From Eledone cirrhosa (lineage: Eukaryota), in assembly GCA_964016885.1 (NCBI GenBank), contig OZ024741.1, positions 126,294,001-126,358,000 of the forward strand: 64,000 nt of DNA, written 5' to 3'. Of the stretch, positions 1 to 15,996 are shown piece after piece. Within the stretch, counting starts at the first letter, position 1. Each line of letters opens with the position of its first letter. The notes beneath the pieces were generated by a model, which was not told the DNA's origin, did no database searches, and saw only the letters and a list, made by a program, of their open reading frames with translations. The position numbers and the translations under genes are program-made.

Positions 1-770
1 ACATCTTAGCGTCTTTCCGATATCGATCAAACATGCTTTATTGATGGTTATTCATAACTCGTTAGAACGTCTAATAGAATGCTTTGTGGTATTCGTGCCG
101 CCTCTCTGGGTTCAAATCTAGCCGAGGTCAACTTTGCTTTTCATCCTTTCAATGTCGGTAAAAAAGTACCAGTCTAGTACCGGGGTCGATTCTTCCTCTA
201 TATCTCTTACTCACTTCTTCTCTCTTACTTTCTATCCTTCTCTGGAAGAAATCTTCTGAATTCAGACCCGTAGAGACATGGTCTCTGCTAGGTTTAAAGC
301 GCCTAAGAAACGCGGTATGTCAATACGGCACCCTTAGGCCTCCTTCAGGAGTTACGGGACCATACCATTCCTAACTTTTATGTCAGACATTTAACGAACT
401 ATGTAACTAAAATAACATTGTATGTATGTGAATGTGTTTAGCCTTGAGATTGAAACAAATAATAATCTGACATTGACAGTGAAATATATTTTAAAATGCA
501 GTTCGCCATTAGGCAATTGAATGGACCTCCGTCGGTTCCGACAATGATTGCTCCAGTTGTTCAATCAACGGAACAGCCCACTGTTTCACTCACACATCTA
601 AGGTGATTCCGAGGCTAAAAAAACTTGCTTAAGGTACCAAACTGCGATTGAACGCGACACATTATGACTGCTAGCCTCTTAAATGACTGTCATAATTGTA
701 TTCACTTCCTAGAATATCTAAAACGTGTCAGTAATGTATTTAGACGCATATTTATAAAGACATGTAGAGT

Positions 771-1198
771 GATGGATTGGCAGTATCGGTAGAGCGTCGG
801 ACACTATGCTTTGCTGTATAGAGTTACGTCACTTTACGTTCTGATTTCAAATTCCGCCGAGGATAGCATTGCCTTTCATCCCGATGGGGTCGATAAAATG
901 AAGTACCAGTAACGCACTGGGGTCGATTTAATTGACACCCCCTCCCCCCGTTCAAATTTCTGGCCTTGTGTCTAAAGTAGAAACAATATTTATTAAGAAA
1001 ATAGTGGATTGGCAGTATCGGTAGAGGGTCGGACGCCATGCTTTGCAGCAAAGAGTTACGGCCCTTGCCATTCTGAGTTTAAATCCCGCCGAGGTTAACT
1101 TTGCCTTTCATCCTTACGGCGTCGATAAAATGAAGTACCAATAATACACTGGTATAATTGCTGCCTTGTCCCACAATAGAAACAAATATTTATTAAGA
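771..1198 (+). mobile_element. Two head-to-tail copies of a ~190-220 bp tRNA-derived SINE (family A)
   Basis: Each copy has head TGGATTGGCAGTATCGGTAGAG (A-box-like), TTCAAATTCC/TTTAAATCCC (B-box-like), body TTGCCTTTCATCC...GTCGATAAAATGAAGTACCA and tail TAGAAACAA. The same unit recurs more than 12 times in the window. Confidence 0.85.
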
Positions 1199-1574
1199 CG
1201 TGTTAATGTTTCTGTGTAATCGAAATCCTGGAACAAACCCAGTTCCCCGTGTTAGCGAAGCAAACTTGTTAACCACTCAGCTAAGCAACAGTTAAATTCT
1301 CAGTGCAAATGAAATACAAATTTCAGTTATATTCCTGTCTGAAGCACTTTTCATTTCATTTCCATATGATAGTCACGGATGTCATACAGTCCCCCCCCCC
1401 CCCATCCACATACACTTGGCGCTCGAATAAGAACTCATTACTAACAAAGGGTTTGATTCTTCTTGATTCTATCTCTCATTAAAAGAGAATCATTTCATGT
1501 TAAAAGTAGTTAAGATTGCAAATGTACTTGAAATGTACCGGCAGACTATGCAGCTAATTTATGAATCGGTGAGA

Positions 1575-1670
<96 letters not shown>

Positions 1671-2149
1671 CAACTTTATTTTTTCGTGAAAGTTCATATA
1701 ATGTATGGTGGATCAAAAAGAGAAAATTGGAAGTAAATAATGGACCTAAGAAAAGAGATAAATATGGGAAGAATTTTTCAAATAGGATAATTATGACTTC
1801 CCTCTAAGATTAACAGTAATGTGTGTTGGACCTTCGTCGGATCTGACGATGATTCTTTCCAGTCGTTCGAGCATCAAAACTGCTTGCTCGTGAAATTATC
1901 CTGCCAATAACTGAGTATTCTACTGATACTTATAGATTTAACGGAATTCTCAGAATAATTTAGCGTAACATAGTGTTTGATTAGTTCTCAGGTTTGATTC
2001 CACTGAGCGGCATCTTGTATATGGATAATTTACCATAGATCGAAGCCTTGTAAATGAAATTGAGAAGACACAAATTGGAAGTCCGTTCCTGTGATTTAAT
2101 TCTCAGAGTAATTTAGTGGAACATAGTGTTTGATAAGATTGGCGCTTTG

Positions 2150-2300
2150 AATTACAGCTACTGTTCATTTCCTGCTGAGTAAATGGGAACAAAGTTAAAT
2201 TATATGTTTTACTCAAGGAAACAACGCGCCGCAGGGAATCGAACTGGTAATCTTAAGATCATGAGGCGAACACCCTAACCGCTAAGACAAGCGTTTTCAC
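2150..2300 (-). mobile_element. tRNA-headed SINE fragment
   Basis: Minus strand reads CTTAGCGGTTAGGGTGTTCGCC...GTTCGATTCCC followed by GTTGTTTCCTTGAGTAA. Confidence 0.6.
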
Positions 2301-3638
2301 ACACGTAACGTAATTTTATTTAAATACTTAGAGTTCATAAAACAATAAAGAGTAAGAAAAAGTAGAACAAAAACTTAGGAAGAGGGCAAACTCTACATCG
2401 TTGGTTGAACAGCACATCTCAGCTGCGTCCAACAAAAGAGATGGCGAAAGCACTGCCATAAAAGAAAAAAAGACAGTCAACAATACCTGCTGCATCAGCC
2501 ATTACAACTCACAGACCCCCTTCGTCCGGTATGATGCCTTCATTCCGATTTGACGGAAGAAAATTACACTATTAGACTGGAGGACCGGCCCAAAATGAAA
2601 TCTCTAATTATGATCTCATCTTAGACTGCTTTTCTCGTTTAACCCTTGCAATGTTGTAGGAACATATAGATCCCCCAAAAGAAGTTTGAATTCTACTTAA
2701 TTATCTATCCGATGTCCACCAATATGATTAACAAAAAAATAAAACTAACTTGTAATTTAGCAATAAGTAGAATGCAGCTTACTTATCTGTATTGCTAATC
2801 ATGTAGAGCAATGGAGATACAACCGGGATAAAGTTGTTCCAGTTCATAATACTGTTGGGACAAAAGTTTCCATGTCCATATTTGCAAACTTATGCACATA
2901 AAAATACATATTACTCGCATAATTTGATAATTTTCTTTTTTTACTAGGATAAATTGTTTTTAAATAACCTTTTATTAATAAAAACTTTTTAAAATCCTTC
3001 CTCAGACGGGCTGCAGGCCGATCTTGCGGAGGAGCTCGGCAGAATGGGGTCCAAGTACGCCTATAACTCTTTTCAATTGGAAACAAAATATTATTTAAAG
3101 AAATAAATAAGTGTTGAGAGGGTAAACATCCCAATCGACAACTGTTGTGACTAATACTTAGAGACAGTAATTACCTACTCTGAATAGTTGTCAGTAGATA
3201 AATAGCTCTCCGGTAGAATACATAAGGAAAAAAACAAAGGAAATAGACGTCAAGTTGCTATGATATATTTTGTCGGACTACGTAAAGAATAGAATGAAAT
3301 ATTCTTAAAGTGTTGGAATTTACAACGGTGCAGCTTGGTGTGGAAATCTAAACTGAGATTCAATCGAATCATATGCGTATTAATTCTGGTCAATCTGATT
3401 TATAATTATCTGTATCATCACATTTTACAGTTGAAATTTTCATGGTCAACTAACCGAATTAACTGTTCGTAGTGTTCCCAGAGAGATAGTTGTTTCTGTA
3501 ATGATGTTATTTGCCAGGTTCTGTTATTTACAAACTACACTCATAAAGTACCGATCTCTGTCTAATTGGTTTATCATCGAACCTATTGTAGTGTAAAGCA
3601 TGCAAGCCGGCAGCAAAAGGGTTACGATTGTTGACTGA

Positions 3639-3769
3639 ACCGGTGATTCCCAAAATGCGCATTTGGCAAACAGACTTTTATTGCTGACTCATGTTTTCTA
3701 AGACGATAAAGTTGTTTCCTTTACTCCCATTGCATTATGGGAATACGTTGTATTATGGGAATCACCGGT
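3639..3769. mobile_element. ~130 bp MITE-like element
   Basis: Terminal inverted repeats ACCGGTGATTCCCAAAAT / ATTATGGGAATCACCGGT with no coding capacity. Confidence 0.55.
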
Positions 3770-4702
3770 GCAGTCAACAATCGTAACCTTTTTGTGCCTG
3801 CTTGCATGCTCTACAGTAGAAACCTTTGGCATCATGAGTCACACAGCCATCAGCCTACTCATAGCGGTCAGTAGGGACGGAGATTTATTCCACAAGGTCA
3901 AATCCCATGAAATAGAATGGGTTTTATTTTCGGCGCATCATCCTCATCATTCTCTTGTGTGGCGCATTCGCTATTCTGTCCACCGAGATGGACGCAACAT
4001 ACCGCATAGTTAAGAGGTTCGATTTTTAATAATTAGGTCTTAGGTTTGATTCCAGTAAGTGACATCTTGTATATGGGTAATTTACTATAGTCACCTTGTA
4101 AGAAATTGAGGAGACGGAAATTAGAAGTCCGCTGGACGGACTGTATCTGTAATTCAAAGGTCCACACTGTGTCACGCTAAAGGTCCCCGAGAAGTACATT
4201 AAGGAAACACATGACTGTGGAATGCCCAGCCATTTACGCGTTAATTTCATGAAGAGTTGGTTCCATTGATGAAATAACTGAAACACTCATCGTCGAAACT
4301 GATGGATGTCCGTTTCATGTCGCTGGTGTTGACATTTTCATTGGGTCGGACTCTCTAACTACTAAGGGAAAGAAAGATATAAAACGCAGAAAGATATAAG
4401 AAAAGAACAGCAACTGGTGAGAAAACAATTTAATTATTGTTAGTTTATCTTGCTGACAGAGATTAAAAGTTAACCTACTATAGTGTTTGCAATTGTTAGA
4501 ACGAAACGAAATTTGACTATTAATTGTGTTTCTGCAACTGTCTGTCCATAGGGACAACTTCTATGTACTGTATTACCATTATGTAAAGTTTTTCTCTTAT
4601 ATGAATACAATAGAAAAAAACCTTGGCCTCTTTATTTCATTTTTCTAACACGCTTCTCTGGTATTTTCTTTGAGAAATATGTAACAGAATTATTTATTTA
4701 CT

Positions 4703-5185
4703 AACGAGATCTCTTAGAAAAGTATCCAATTTTATTTTATCTATTTTCTTTTTACCGTGTGAAGTACTGATGCAAAGGAAAAAGAGGTGTGCGCCGAGTG
4801 GAGTTGCATAAATTCATGCGTTGGACCGTATCAAAATCCACGCATGCGTCACTCACTGCCATGCTGCCTGTGTATGAGGTGTGAGGCGCTGTACTACTTG
4901 TCAAATTTTCATATCATTGGATACTGCCTACAAAGACCCAAAATGAATATGCTACTGAAAAGCGCCCACTTTGAGAACCGAAAGAAAATCACGTCAACAG
5001 CGACGGCAGAGCTATGAGCAATTCCAGAATAAGCATTCAAGGCATACTTCGAACAGTGGAAGGACCATTGGATTAAGTGTGTGGAGGCACAAGAGGCCTA
5101 ATTCTAAGGAGGTTAAGAATAGAACCCCACAAGGCATGTCATTTTCCCCAGTCTAAGGTCGGATACTTTTTTGACAGAGCTTGTA
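4703..5185 (+). mobile_element. Internally deleted mariner DNA transposon
   Basis: Degenerate TIRs (ACGAGATCTCTTAGAAAAGTATCC / GGATACTTTTTTGACAGAGCTTGTA). Residual transposase C-terminus LKSAHFEN...AFKAYFEQWKDHWIKCVEAQ contains stops. Confidence 0.75.
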
Positions 5186-5434
5186 TAATCTTAGAATTTG
5201 TTTTGCTTTTTCTCCTTTTCAAAGTGACAATGATTATGTTGGCTTGCTTTGTGAAGGCAAAATTCTAAATGAAATAGCTGCATGAATTGTTATACTCATA
5301 TTTTTTGATTTTTAAGAAAAATACTTTAGTGTTTAAAGCAGAGAGAGGGGGGGGGGGGAGAGAGAGGGTGAGAGAGGGGGAGAGAGAGAGAGAGAGAGGG
5401 AGAGAGAGAGAGAGATGGCAAGATAAATATAAAG

Positions 5435-6028
5435 ATAATTGTTTCTACTTTAAGCACAAGGCCAGCAATTATCCCAGTGTATTACTGGTACTTTATTTTA
5501 TCGACCCCGTAAGGATGAAAGGCAAAGTTAACCTCGGCGGGATTTGAACTCAGACCATAAAGGACCGTAACTCTATGCTGCAAAGCATGGCGTCGGACCC
5601 TCTACCGATACTGCCAATCCACCGCCCTTAAATAGAGTTTCTACTTTTGGTACAAGGCCAGCGATTACCCCAGTTCACCACTGGTACTTTATTTTATCGA
5701 TCTCGTAAGGATGAAAGGCAAAGTTAACCTCGGTGGATTTGAACTCAGAACGCAAAGGGCCATAACTATGCTGCCAAAAACATGGTGTCTGACGCTCTAC
5801 CGATACTGCCAAACCACTGCCCTTAATAAATATAAACATAATTGTTTCTACTTTAGGTACAAGGCCAGAATTTAACCAGTGCATTACTGGTACTTTATTT
5901 TATCGACCCCGTAAGGATGAAAGGTAAAGTCAACCTCGGCGGGATTTGAACTCAGATCGTAAAGGGACGTAACTATGCTGGAAAGCATGGCGTCCGACCC
6001 TCTACCGATACTGCCAATTCACCGCCCT
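5435..6028 (-). mobile_element. Three head-to-tail copies of SINE family A
   Basis: Units ~5435-5628, 5634-5824 and 5838-6028, each the reverse complement of the family A unit. Confidence 0.9.
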
Positions 6029-6130
6029 AATAAATATAAAGATAATGAAAGATGGATATATATATATTTTTTCTTCTTCCTAATAATCGTCTCTTTCTCC
6101 CTGTTTTCGTATATATATATATACACACAC

Positions 6131-6261
<131 letters not shown>

Positions 6262-6849
6262 GAGAGAGAGACAGAAATGTATATGAGAAAGGGAGGTGGA
6301 GCGATATGACATTCAAACTAACAATGCCACAGTAACAACTGCCAATTATGTTTGAAACAAAGGGAAAAGAAATAAACGAAAACAAAGAGAAACAAGTAAG
6401 CAAATTTCTAATAACAGTGATTGTTTGTATCACAGAAGTATGAAACATTCTCAACCGTCAATGGTCTCCGACATCAATGGAGTAGTAGTGATATGTTACT
6501 AATTCATAGTTATATACTAAGTTACTTCTCACACATAATAACTAGAATAGATGTAATGGCGCCGACTTAGAGCTATACACTCGCCCTATAATATGCGTCT
6601 CATTCTTCCAATTGTGCGCCCCATTTGCCCTGATAATATAATGTCATCTTACAGTTTAGCCTTCCGAAAAAAAAAGAAGCTGTTGACCCTTCTTGCTCTG
6701 ACCATATTAAGAAAATTACCAAGCCTACATAGTCTACACACCACATCAAATCCCGTGACATTATAAAACTATAAGACCCTCTCCATTTCTTTCTATATTT
6801 CTAAAACGCCACCAGACGGCAAAGATATTTAGTGATTTATTATCGGAGG

Positions 6850-7597
6850 AAACGGCAGAGGATTAGCAGTATCGGTAGAGTGTCGGACATAATTTGTGGT
6901 ATATAGTTACGCCCGTATAGCTCTGATTTCCAAATTACGCCGAAGTTAGCTTTGCCTTTCATCCTTACGGGGTTGATAAACTAACATAGCAGTAACGCAT
7001 TGGGGTCGTTTTAATCAACGTTTCTCTCCCCCAAAATTATTGGCATTGGGCCTAAATCCATTGTAATCACAGGTAATTATTTATATAAATTAGTTATACA
7101 AATATGCATTCAAAGCCGATCCAGTAAGATTCAGCAATGCGCCACTCTGAGATCTGCTGTCTAGCTGGCTTTAATAATTGTTTCTACTTTTGGCACAAGG
7201 CCAGCATTATCGCAGTGCATTACTGGTTCTTTATTTTACCGACCCCGTAAGATGAAAGGCAAAGTTAACCTCGGCGGGATTTGAACCCATACCGTAAAGG
7301 GCCGTAATTCTATGCTGGAAAGCATGGCATCCGACCCTCTACTGATCCTGCCAATCCACCGCTCTATGGTGACGTTAATAATGCTTTCTGATTTATACTC
7401 AAGACCAACAATTTTGGAAGAGGGAAATGTCTATTCAATAGATCCAGTGCGTTACAGGTACTTTATTATATTGACCCCGTAAGGATGAAAATCAAAGTTA
7501 ACCTCGGTGAGATTTGAACTCAAAACGTAAAGAGACGTAACTATATGCCACAAACATGTTTTCAGAAGCTCTACCGATACTGCCAATACACTGCCCT
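6850..7597. mobile_element. SINE family A cluster: one + copy (~6850-7055) and two - copies (7172-7364, 7378-7597)
   Basis: Same head, B-box and body motifs as the other family A copies. Confidence 0.8.
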
Positions 7598-8785
7598 AGT
7601 TTACTTTAATAACGTATCCCTAATGAGTTGTTTCACCCCAGGACAGCTCTGATCGAGCAGAACTACCAGTAATGAAAATAATTTCAAACAGAGTTTTTAT
7701 AGGCGGCGAAGTGACAGAGCATCGAATTAAATGTCCCAGTATTTGTTCCGGCTCACTACTGCTCTAAGTTCAAATCACACCTATTCCTGCTTTCCAGATC
7801 GACAAAGTGCCACTCCAGGGTCGGTTTATTGACGGAATTACTAATGAGTCAAACAGGATGTTCTGCGATATCTTATCCGTCTCTGTGCATTTTGTGTTTT
7901 AAATCCACCTTCTTTCTGCCAGGAGTTGCAACTATCATATAGTATCAGCAACGTAAAGATCAATAGAAACATGGTATATTTGGTCCGATCTGACGATAGA
8001 AGTAATGCATTTTCGAACGAATCCATTTTTGTATTTCATGAGAGGTAAAGGTATGTTCTAAGGGAATTTTAGCTGCTGTTTTTAACTTGTCAAGTGACCA
8101 CGTAGCGGCACCCTTTTTGACACGTTTTAGTCTTCGGTTCTGACTGTCGTTCTACAGTAATCTTTCCACCATAATGGCTATACCATTTATGAATGTTTAC
8201 ATGAAAGAACAATTGTCTGTGAGATTATAAAACAAAAGACCTTATCTTCTATCTATATTATCTAAAACACACACATCATATATATATATATATATATATA
8301 TGTACATATATATACATATATATACATGTATATATATGTATATATATATATATATGTACATATATATACATATATATAATACATATATACACATATATAC
8401 ATATATATACATATATATACATATATATATACATATATATATACATATATATACATCATATATATATATATCCATATATATACATATATTATATATATAT
8501 ATATATATATACGTATGAGTAGCCTATCTTATAATTAACTATTTATCAAAACTTTATAATATTATACATCAGATAAATCAGTCGGAATGTGTGAGTTCAA
8601 ACACACATTTTAAAAGGTTCTATAAAATCACTTGAAAGTTGATGACGACAGTCTGTCGACTAGCTAGTCAATCGACTAGCCAGTTGGGGTGGGTGCCGGT
8701 TTAGTTACGAACAACCCCACTGCATAGCAGATTGTACCGTATCGCATATCACCGGATCGCATATCACGAACGACCTGGCATATCA

Positions 8786-8946
8786 TAATTGTTTGTATTT
8801 TCGGCACAAGGCCAGAAATTACCCCGGTGCATTACTGGTATTTTATTTTATCGAACCCGTAAGGATGAAAGGCAAAGTTAACCTCAGCGGGATTTGAACT
8901 CAGACTGTAAAGGGCCGTAACTCTATGCTGCAAAGCATGGCATCCT
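8786..8946 (-). mobile_element. SINE family A, head-truncated
   Basis: AAGGATGAAAGGCAAAGTTAACCTCAGCGGGATTTGAACTCAG core. Confidence 0.8.
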
Positions 8947-11485
8947 ACATATGATAATACACTTAATTTTGAAGTCATAAATTTTCTTGTTGGACCTTCG
9001 TCGGTTCCGACGATGAATATTCCTGTCGTTTGATCGACGGATCAACCTGGTCATGAAATTAAGGTGTAATAAGTGTCTCAGCATACTACAAACTTGTGCG
9101 CTCTTAAGGTAATTTTTCAGAGAAATCCAAGTCTGATGAGGCTGTCGATCTGAATTACAGGTATAAGTCATTTATTTATTTTTTATGACTGGAGCAACAT
9201 ACTAACCTCTAAGCCACGCGCCTTTAGATACAGTATCGATAAAATAGTCCCAGTAATATATTGGTGTCGATTTAATATACTATATTCTTACTTTTTAAAA
9301 AATCAATACGGACATCTAAACGAGTTTTATAAAGAATAAAGTCTGTTCTTACGAGCCAAACAGTTTATTAGACTAATGTAAAGAACATAAAATGTGTTTC
9401 GTTCCTTTTTCTTTTGTATTTTACAACCGATAGAATTCCTCTCTTGTTCCCTTTAAACAGAATCGAAATGTTTTATTCGTTTTAAATTATTCGCAAGGAA
9501 ATGTAATATTAAATAAAATCTACAAAAAATAAAAAAAATAAAAATAAATAAATAAAAATACATGTATTCGAATATCAGCAATCATTCGCGGAGTTAAAGT
9601 AGAACAGAATTATATTTATACGATATTTTATCAGGAAATATTTTCATTAGTTTCATTTATTGAAATTTGTAATGTAGGGGATGTGGGGATTACAACGATT
9701 TTGTGTTTTGGCGACATTGATTTATAAACAAAAGAAGATATTTTAAAAACATTTCTCCAGCTATGAAGTTTTATAGTTTCTTGCCAATCACTATTTATGG
9801 TTTTTGTCGCTATATTTTTTTTATGTGGAGGGGAGGGAATCTTTAGTCAATTCAAACAGCAAAACTACCAATTTGCTCACATGAAATTGATAGCACAGAT
9901 TCCATAATTAGAAATAATTGTCCTTTTTCTTAATAACGGTTTCCCATAAATACATTTCTATAGCACGTTTACTGAACTCTCAGCAAATTGCCCACACTAA
10001 AAACAATTGTTTGAACAATTCTGACAAATTTTGCCCGGTTTCTCTTTAATTTCAACTACCAAATTATGTGAACTTCTGAGTTGCTTTCTGACTTTGTTTA
10101 ATTTGTTGTTATTTTAATGGTGATCTGTACAAAACGGATGGAAAATATTCAAATAGTGTAATTGAATAATTTTTATTGTTTCCATTATTCCATCCTAGCA
10201 CATTATTGAAGTATTACATAATCGCAAGACCACATACTTTTGTTTGATGAAAGAGTGAATTGAACTTAGTATATATAACTGTTACATAGTTTATCAACCT
10301 TCGAGACATGAAGGGCAAAGTTAACACTCACTGACATTGGAACACAGGTTTTATCATTCTATAATTTACATAAAATTAAATTATTACTGTAAATATTGAG
10401 TCTTTTCACAACAATGTCAGAGAAATATGGCATCGCATTATAAATCGTTCTCGGGTCAATGCTTCTAGAATCTCATTTGTATTGCAATTCTAATTTTAAT
10501 TAATTAAATTTTCGAAGTTGTCACTCCCTATTTTATTTATTTATTTATGGGGGGGGGGGGGGCTAGATTTGTGATTGAGCTTAATGTTTCCTTTCATCAT
10601 TCAGTAATTTTACTGAATTTATATATTCTTTTTAGCTTATTTTTGCGAATGCAAATTATGGTTAAGATGTTCGCTTCGCAAGCAGCAAGCCAGAGGTTTG
10701 ATCCCGTTGTATGGCATCTACTATAGCCCGGTTCAACCCAAACCTTGTAAATAAAATTAGGTAATCGGAATCTGCGTGGAAACCCGTCGGGTAGATTGTG
10801 TCTGTAATTTGTCACATATTGTGTTACGTTAATTCTATGAAAGAATTACTTTAAGAGTATACCTGTCTGTGGAATACTCAATCCGTTAGATGCTTATTCA
10901 CACGCTGGTCGTTCAGCTGACCGAAAAACTGAATGTTCATCGTCAAACCCAATGTGAGGATCCATCTTTATGTTCTATATTTATGGCTCCCTTATGTAAT
11001 TTCCAAAAGTTATTGCATTTTCTAAGATGTTTAGTTTATCACATTTTTAGCCATTCAGTTACAGACACATAAATTAATAACAAATAAGAGAAGCTGATGA
11101 AGATGACCCAATATATATTTGGTATTAATCAGTGCAAATATAAAATATAAAAGACATGTTATCCAACGCTCTCCCGATTATCTTAGGCAACACACTTAGT
11201 ATAGTAAGTTATAGAACACATTTTATTACATTACTGAGGGCGGTGGATTGGCAGTATGGGAGGGGTCGGACAACATGCTTTCTGGCATAGAATATCGCCC
11301 ATTTACATTGACTTCAAATCCCGCTGAGGTTAGCTTAGCATTTCATTCTTATAGGGTAGATAAACTAAAGCAGCAGTAATACACGAGGTTCGATTTAATC
11401 GTCTTTTCCCGACCCGAATATTGTCGGATTACTGATAATCCTAGTCGAAGATGGCTGAAGATTCAGACATTGAATTATATATATA

Positions 11486-11650
11486 GCTGTGTGGTTATGG
11501 AGTTTGCCTCGCAATCGTTTAGTTTCGGGTTCCATTCCACCGCGTGGTACCTTGGGCAAATGTCTTTTATTATAACCTCACTTTGGACAATGTCTTGTGA
11601 GCGAAATTTGGATGCCAGAAACTGTGCAGGAGCTCGTCGTATATATATAT
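11486..11650 (+). mobile_element. tRNA-derived SINE family B ending in (TA)n
   Basis: GCTGTGTGGTTA...GGTTCCATTCC...CCTTGGGCAAATGTCTT...CTTGTGAG...GAAACTG...CGTCGTATATA. Related decayed copies at ~10655-10790, 30955-31100, 40551-40695 (-) and 43575-43705. Confidence 0.7.
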
Positions 11651-12177
11651 TTGTTAGGTAAGATGTCGAGACAGAGTCGGGCCCTGGTCATTATGATTGT
11701 ACCCTGAGCTGATCGATATTGAAACGATTGTAATATACCAATAAAGCATATGGAGCAACATTGACTTCGATCCTACATTCGTCAAATTGACAGCAATAAA
11801 AATAAGTACTAATGTTGATTTGATCGATTAAAATCTTTTGAATGCGAATCCTCCGCATTATCGTAGTCTAATGACTGAAAGCAGTAAAAGGATAAAAATA
11901 TCAAAATAAAAAAAATATAAGAAGATTTGAATATATGAAATTTCCGATATCTTTTATGTCAATAGTATATTACAGAATAAAATGTAACATACATAAGTAT
12001 GTAATTATAGAGAGAAGTGTAATTATGAAATATGCAAATATATTCGTATTTTTACATTAGATCATTCCAATACATTTTAATATCACAATACTATAAATTA
12101 AATGCAAGTATAATTATGTGGTCGAAGAAATCGCTCTACAACCACATGTATCTGGGCTCAATCCGAATGCTTTGTGA

Positions 12178-12208
<31 letters not shown>

Positions 12209-12677
12209 TGTTTATGCACCGTAATTTAGCCGTTCGCGAAAAAAGATAACCGACTCGACAAAATAAATTCTGAGGTCCACATGATTGACTAAATCAAAGT
12301 TGTACCCCAGCACGGCCGCAAATCAAGTGACTAAAACCAGTAAACTAGTAAAAGAATTTGTAATTCTATGCAAATATGAAATTTTCAGTTATTTAGATTT
12401 ATGTAAATAACTCAAACATTTTATTATCGAAGAACATAAAATTCCTTGCAAATATCTTATTAATTATTTCCAATTTACTTACAGTATGTATAAATATGTA
12501 AATGAACTTTAGAATTATTGTAAAATTGGGGAACGGAAAAGTATCGTATTAGAATTTATTGTTTATATATATATATATATATATATATAAACAATAAATT
12601 CTAATACGATATGCATGAATATATACATACATATTCATGCACATAAACATATATACACACACATGTATATAAATATG

Positions 12678-12711
<34 letters not shown>

Positions 12712-12867
12712 CATATACTTGTATATACATATTCATGCGCATAAACATATATTTATATACTCACATGTATATACATATTCATGTACATAAACAAGATATA
12801 AATTTACGTAGGTGTAAAAGAATGTTTATTTATGTGTGTATAAATATATATGTAAAATTATTTAAAG

Positions 12868-13143
12868 TTAACGTCTGTCCCAAGCCATCAGACTTATCAG
12901 GACAGTGCTTATCCTCTTTTTCGTTTTCCATCAGTGTTAAGCGATTGAGAATACAAGGCTCTCCATTGGACAGGACGCAGGGTTAATCCCCAGTTACTGT
13001 GGCAACTTATTTTCAGCTGAGTGTACTGGAGCATCGTGAATGAAACGCTTTGTTTAAGAACAACGCGTTACCTAGTCCAAGAATTGAACTCACAACATTA
13101 AGATTGTAAGTCCAGCACGCTAACCACTGACCAGGCGCCTTCA
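12868..13143 (-). mobile_element. tRNA-headed SINE
   Basis: Minus strand TGAAGGCGCCTGGTCAGTGGTTAGCGTGCTGGAC...GAGTTCAATTC, then CTCCAGTACACTCAGCTG, which is shared with the 32984 SINE. Confidence 0.7.
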
Positions 13144-13220
13144 GGTATGCAGTTCTAAATTCATCCACTTTTCTGTGGTGACATGATAAAACCTTTCCAT
13201 TTCAAATGACCCAACATTAA

Positions 13221-14770
<1,550 letters not shown>

Positions 14771-14773
14771 ATA

Positions 14774-14809
<36 letters not shown>

Positions 14810-14845
14810 TGTATGTATGTATGTATGTATGTATGCATGTATGTA

Positions 14846-14896
<51 letters not shown>

Positions 14897-14950
14897 GTGG
14901 AAAAGTAAGAAATAGGAGAACAGACCGTTAATACATGTTTATTTAAAACA

Positions 14951-14992
14951 GCACCTACGTACGTTTCGCCCGGATAGGCTTCTCAAGGGCAC
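14951..14992 (-). ncRNA. Type I hammerhead ribozyme with U3:A8 core variant, in an ORF-less pLTR fragment (~14896-15290)
   Basis: Minus strand: gtgccc TTGAGAA gcc tatccg ggc GAAA cgtacg TA ggtgc. Stem III is the palindrome ACGTACGT; cleavage triplet GUA. Confidence 0.75.
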
Positions 14993-15359
14993 AGCAACTA
15001 AAAGTGTTCCTTACATGGCTCGGAAAGTGTTTTGGGAGGTAAGTTCACGTCAGAGTTCATTCTTCGCAAAACAAGCGTGACATTACTGTTGTTGTAAATA
15101 GTGGTGACATTACTGTTGTTGTTGTAATTAGTGGGGATATTCCTGTTGTAATTAGTGGGGACATTACTGTTACAGTTGTTTAGAAGATGTTGGTGTAGAT
15201 AAAGAAATATAAAAGAGGGACTGAGGTAAGAAACACATCACAATTGATGTTTTCTTATATTTTTCAAATATATAAACAAAATTGAAGGAATATATATATA
15301 TACCCAAATAAGCACATGCATATATATATATGTAGACACATACATATATATATATACAT

Positions 15360-15411
<52 letters not shown>

Positions 15412-15621
15412 CTGCATATATATATAATAAAACGGATAATTTATACAAGTAAAATTCCATTATAATGAATATCGTTATAACAAATTTTTCAGTATAACGA
15501 ACAATCCTCGGCCACACACTCAATGTTAGGTCAATCTCGTTATAAAGAAGTTTTCATTACGATTTTTTTTTTATACCCAATAAATTTCGTATTAACAGAA
15601 TCTCATGTGTACATGTATATA

Positions 15622-15772
<151 letters not shown>

Positions 15773-15996
15773 GTGTGTGTGTGTGTATATATATATATAT
15801 GTGTGTGTGTGTGTATATATATATATGTGTGTATATATATATATGTATGTATATATATATATATATATGTGTGTGTTTTTGTCAATGTTTCAGTTGTGTA
15901 CAACGTGTGGGGAAGGGATGTAACCTAAAGAAAAAAACGCTCACATTTAATGGTTGTTTATAACTATCAGATATATTACATATATATATATATATA

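Noticed and set aside
9131-9170. CTGATGA as a hammerhead core
   Set aside because: It lies in a decayed dispersed repeat; there is no stem II or GAAA-stem III.
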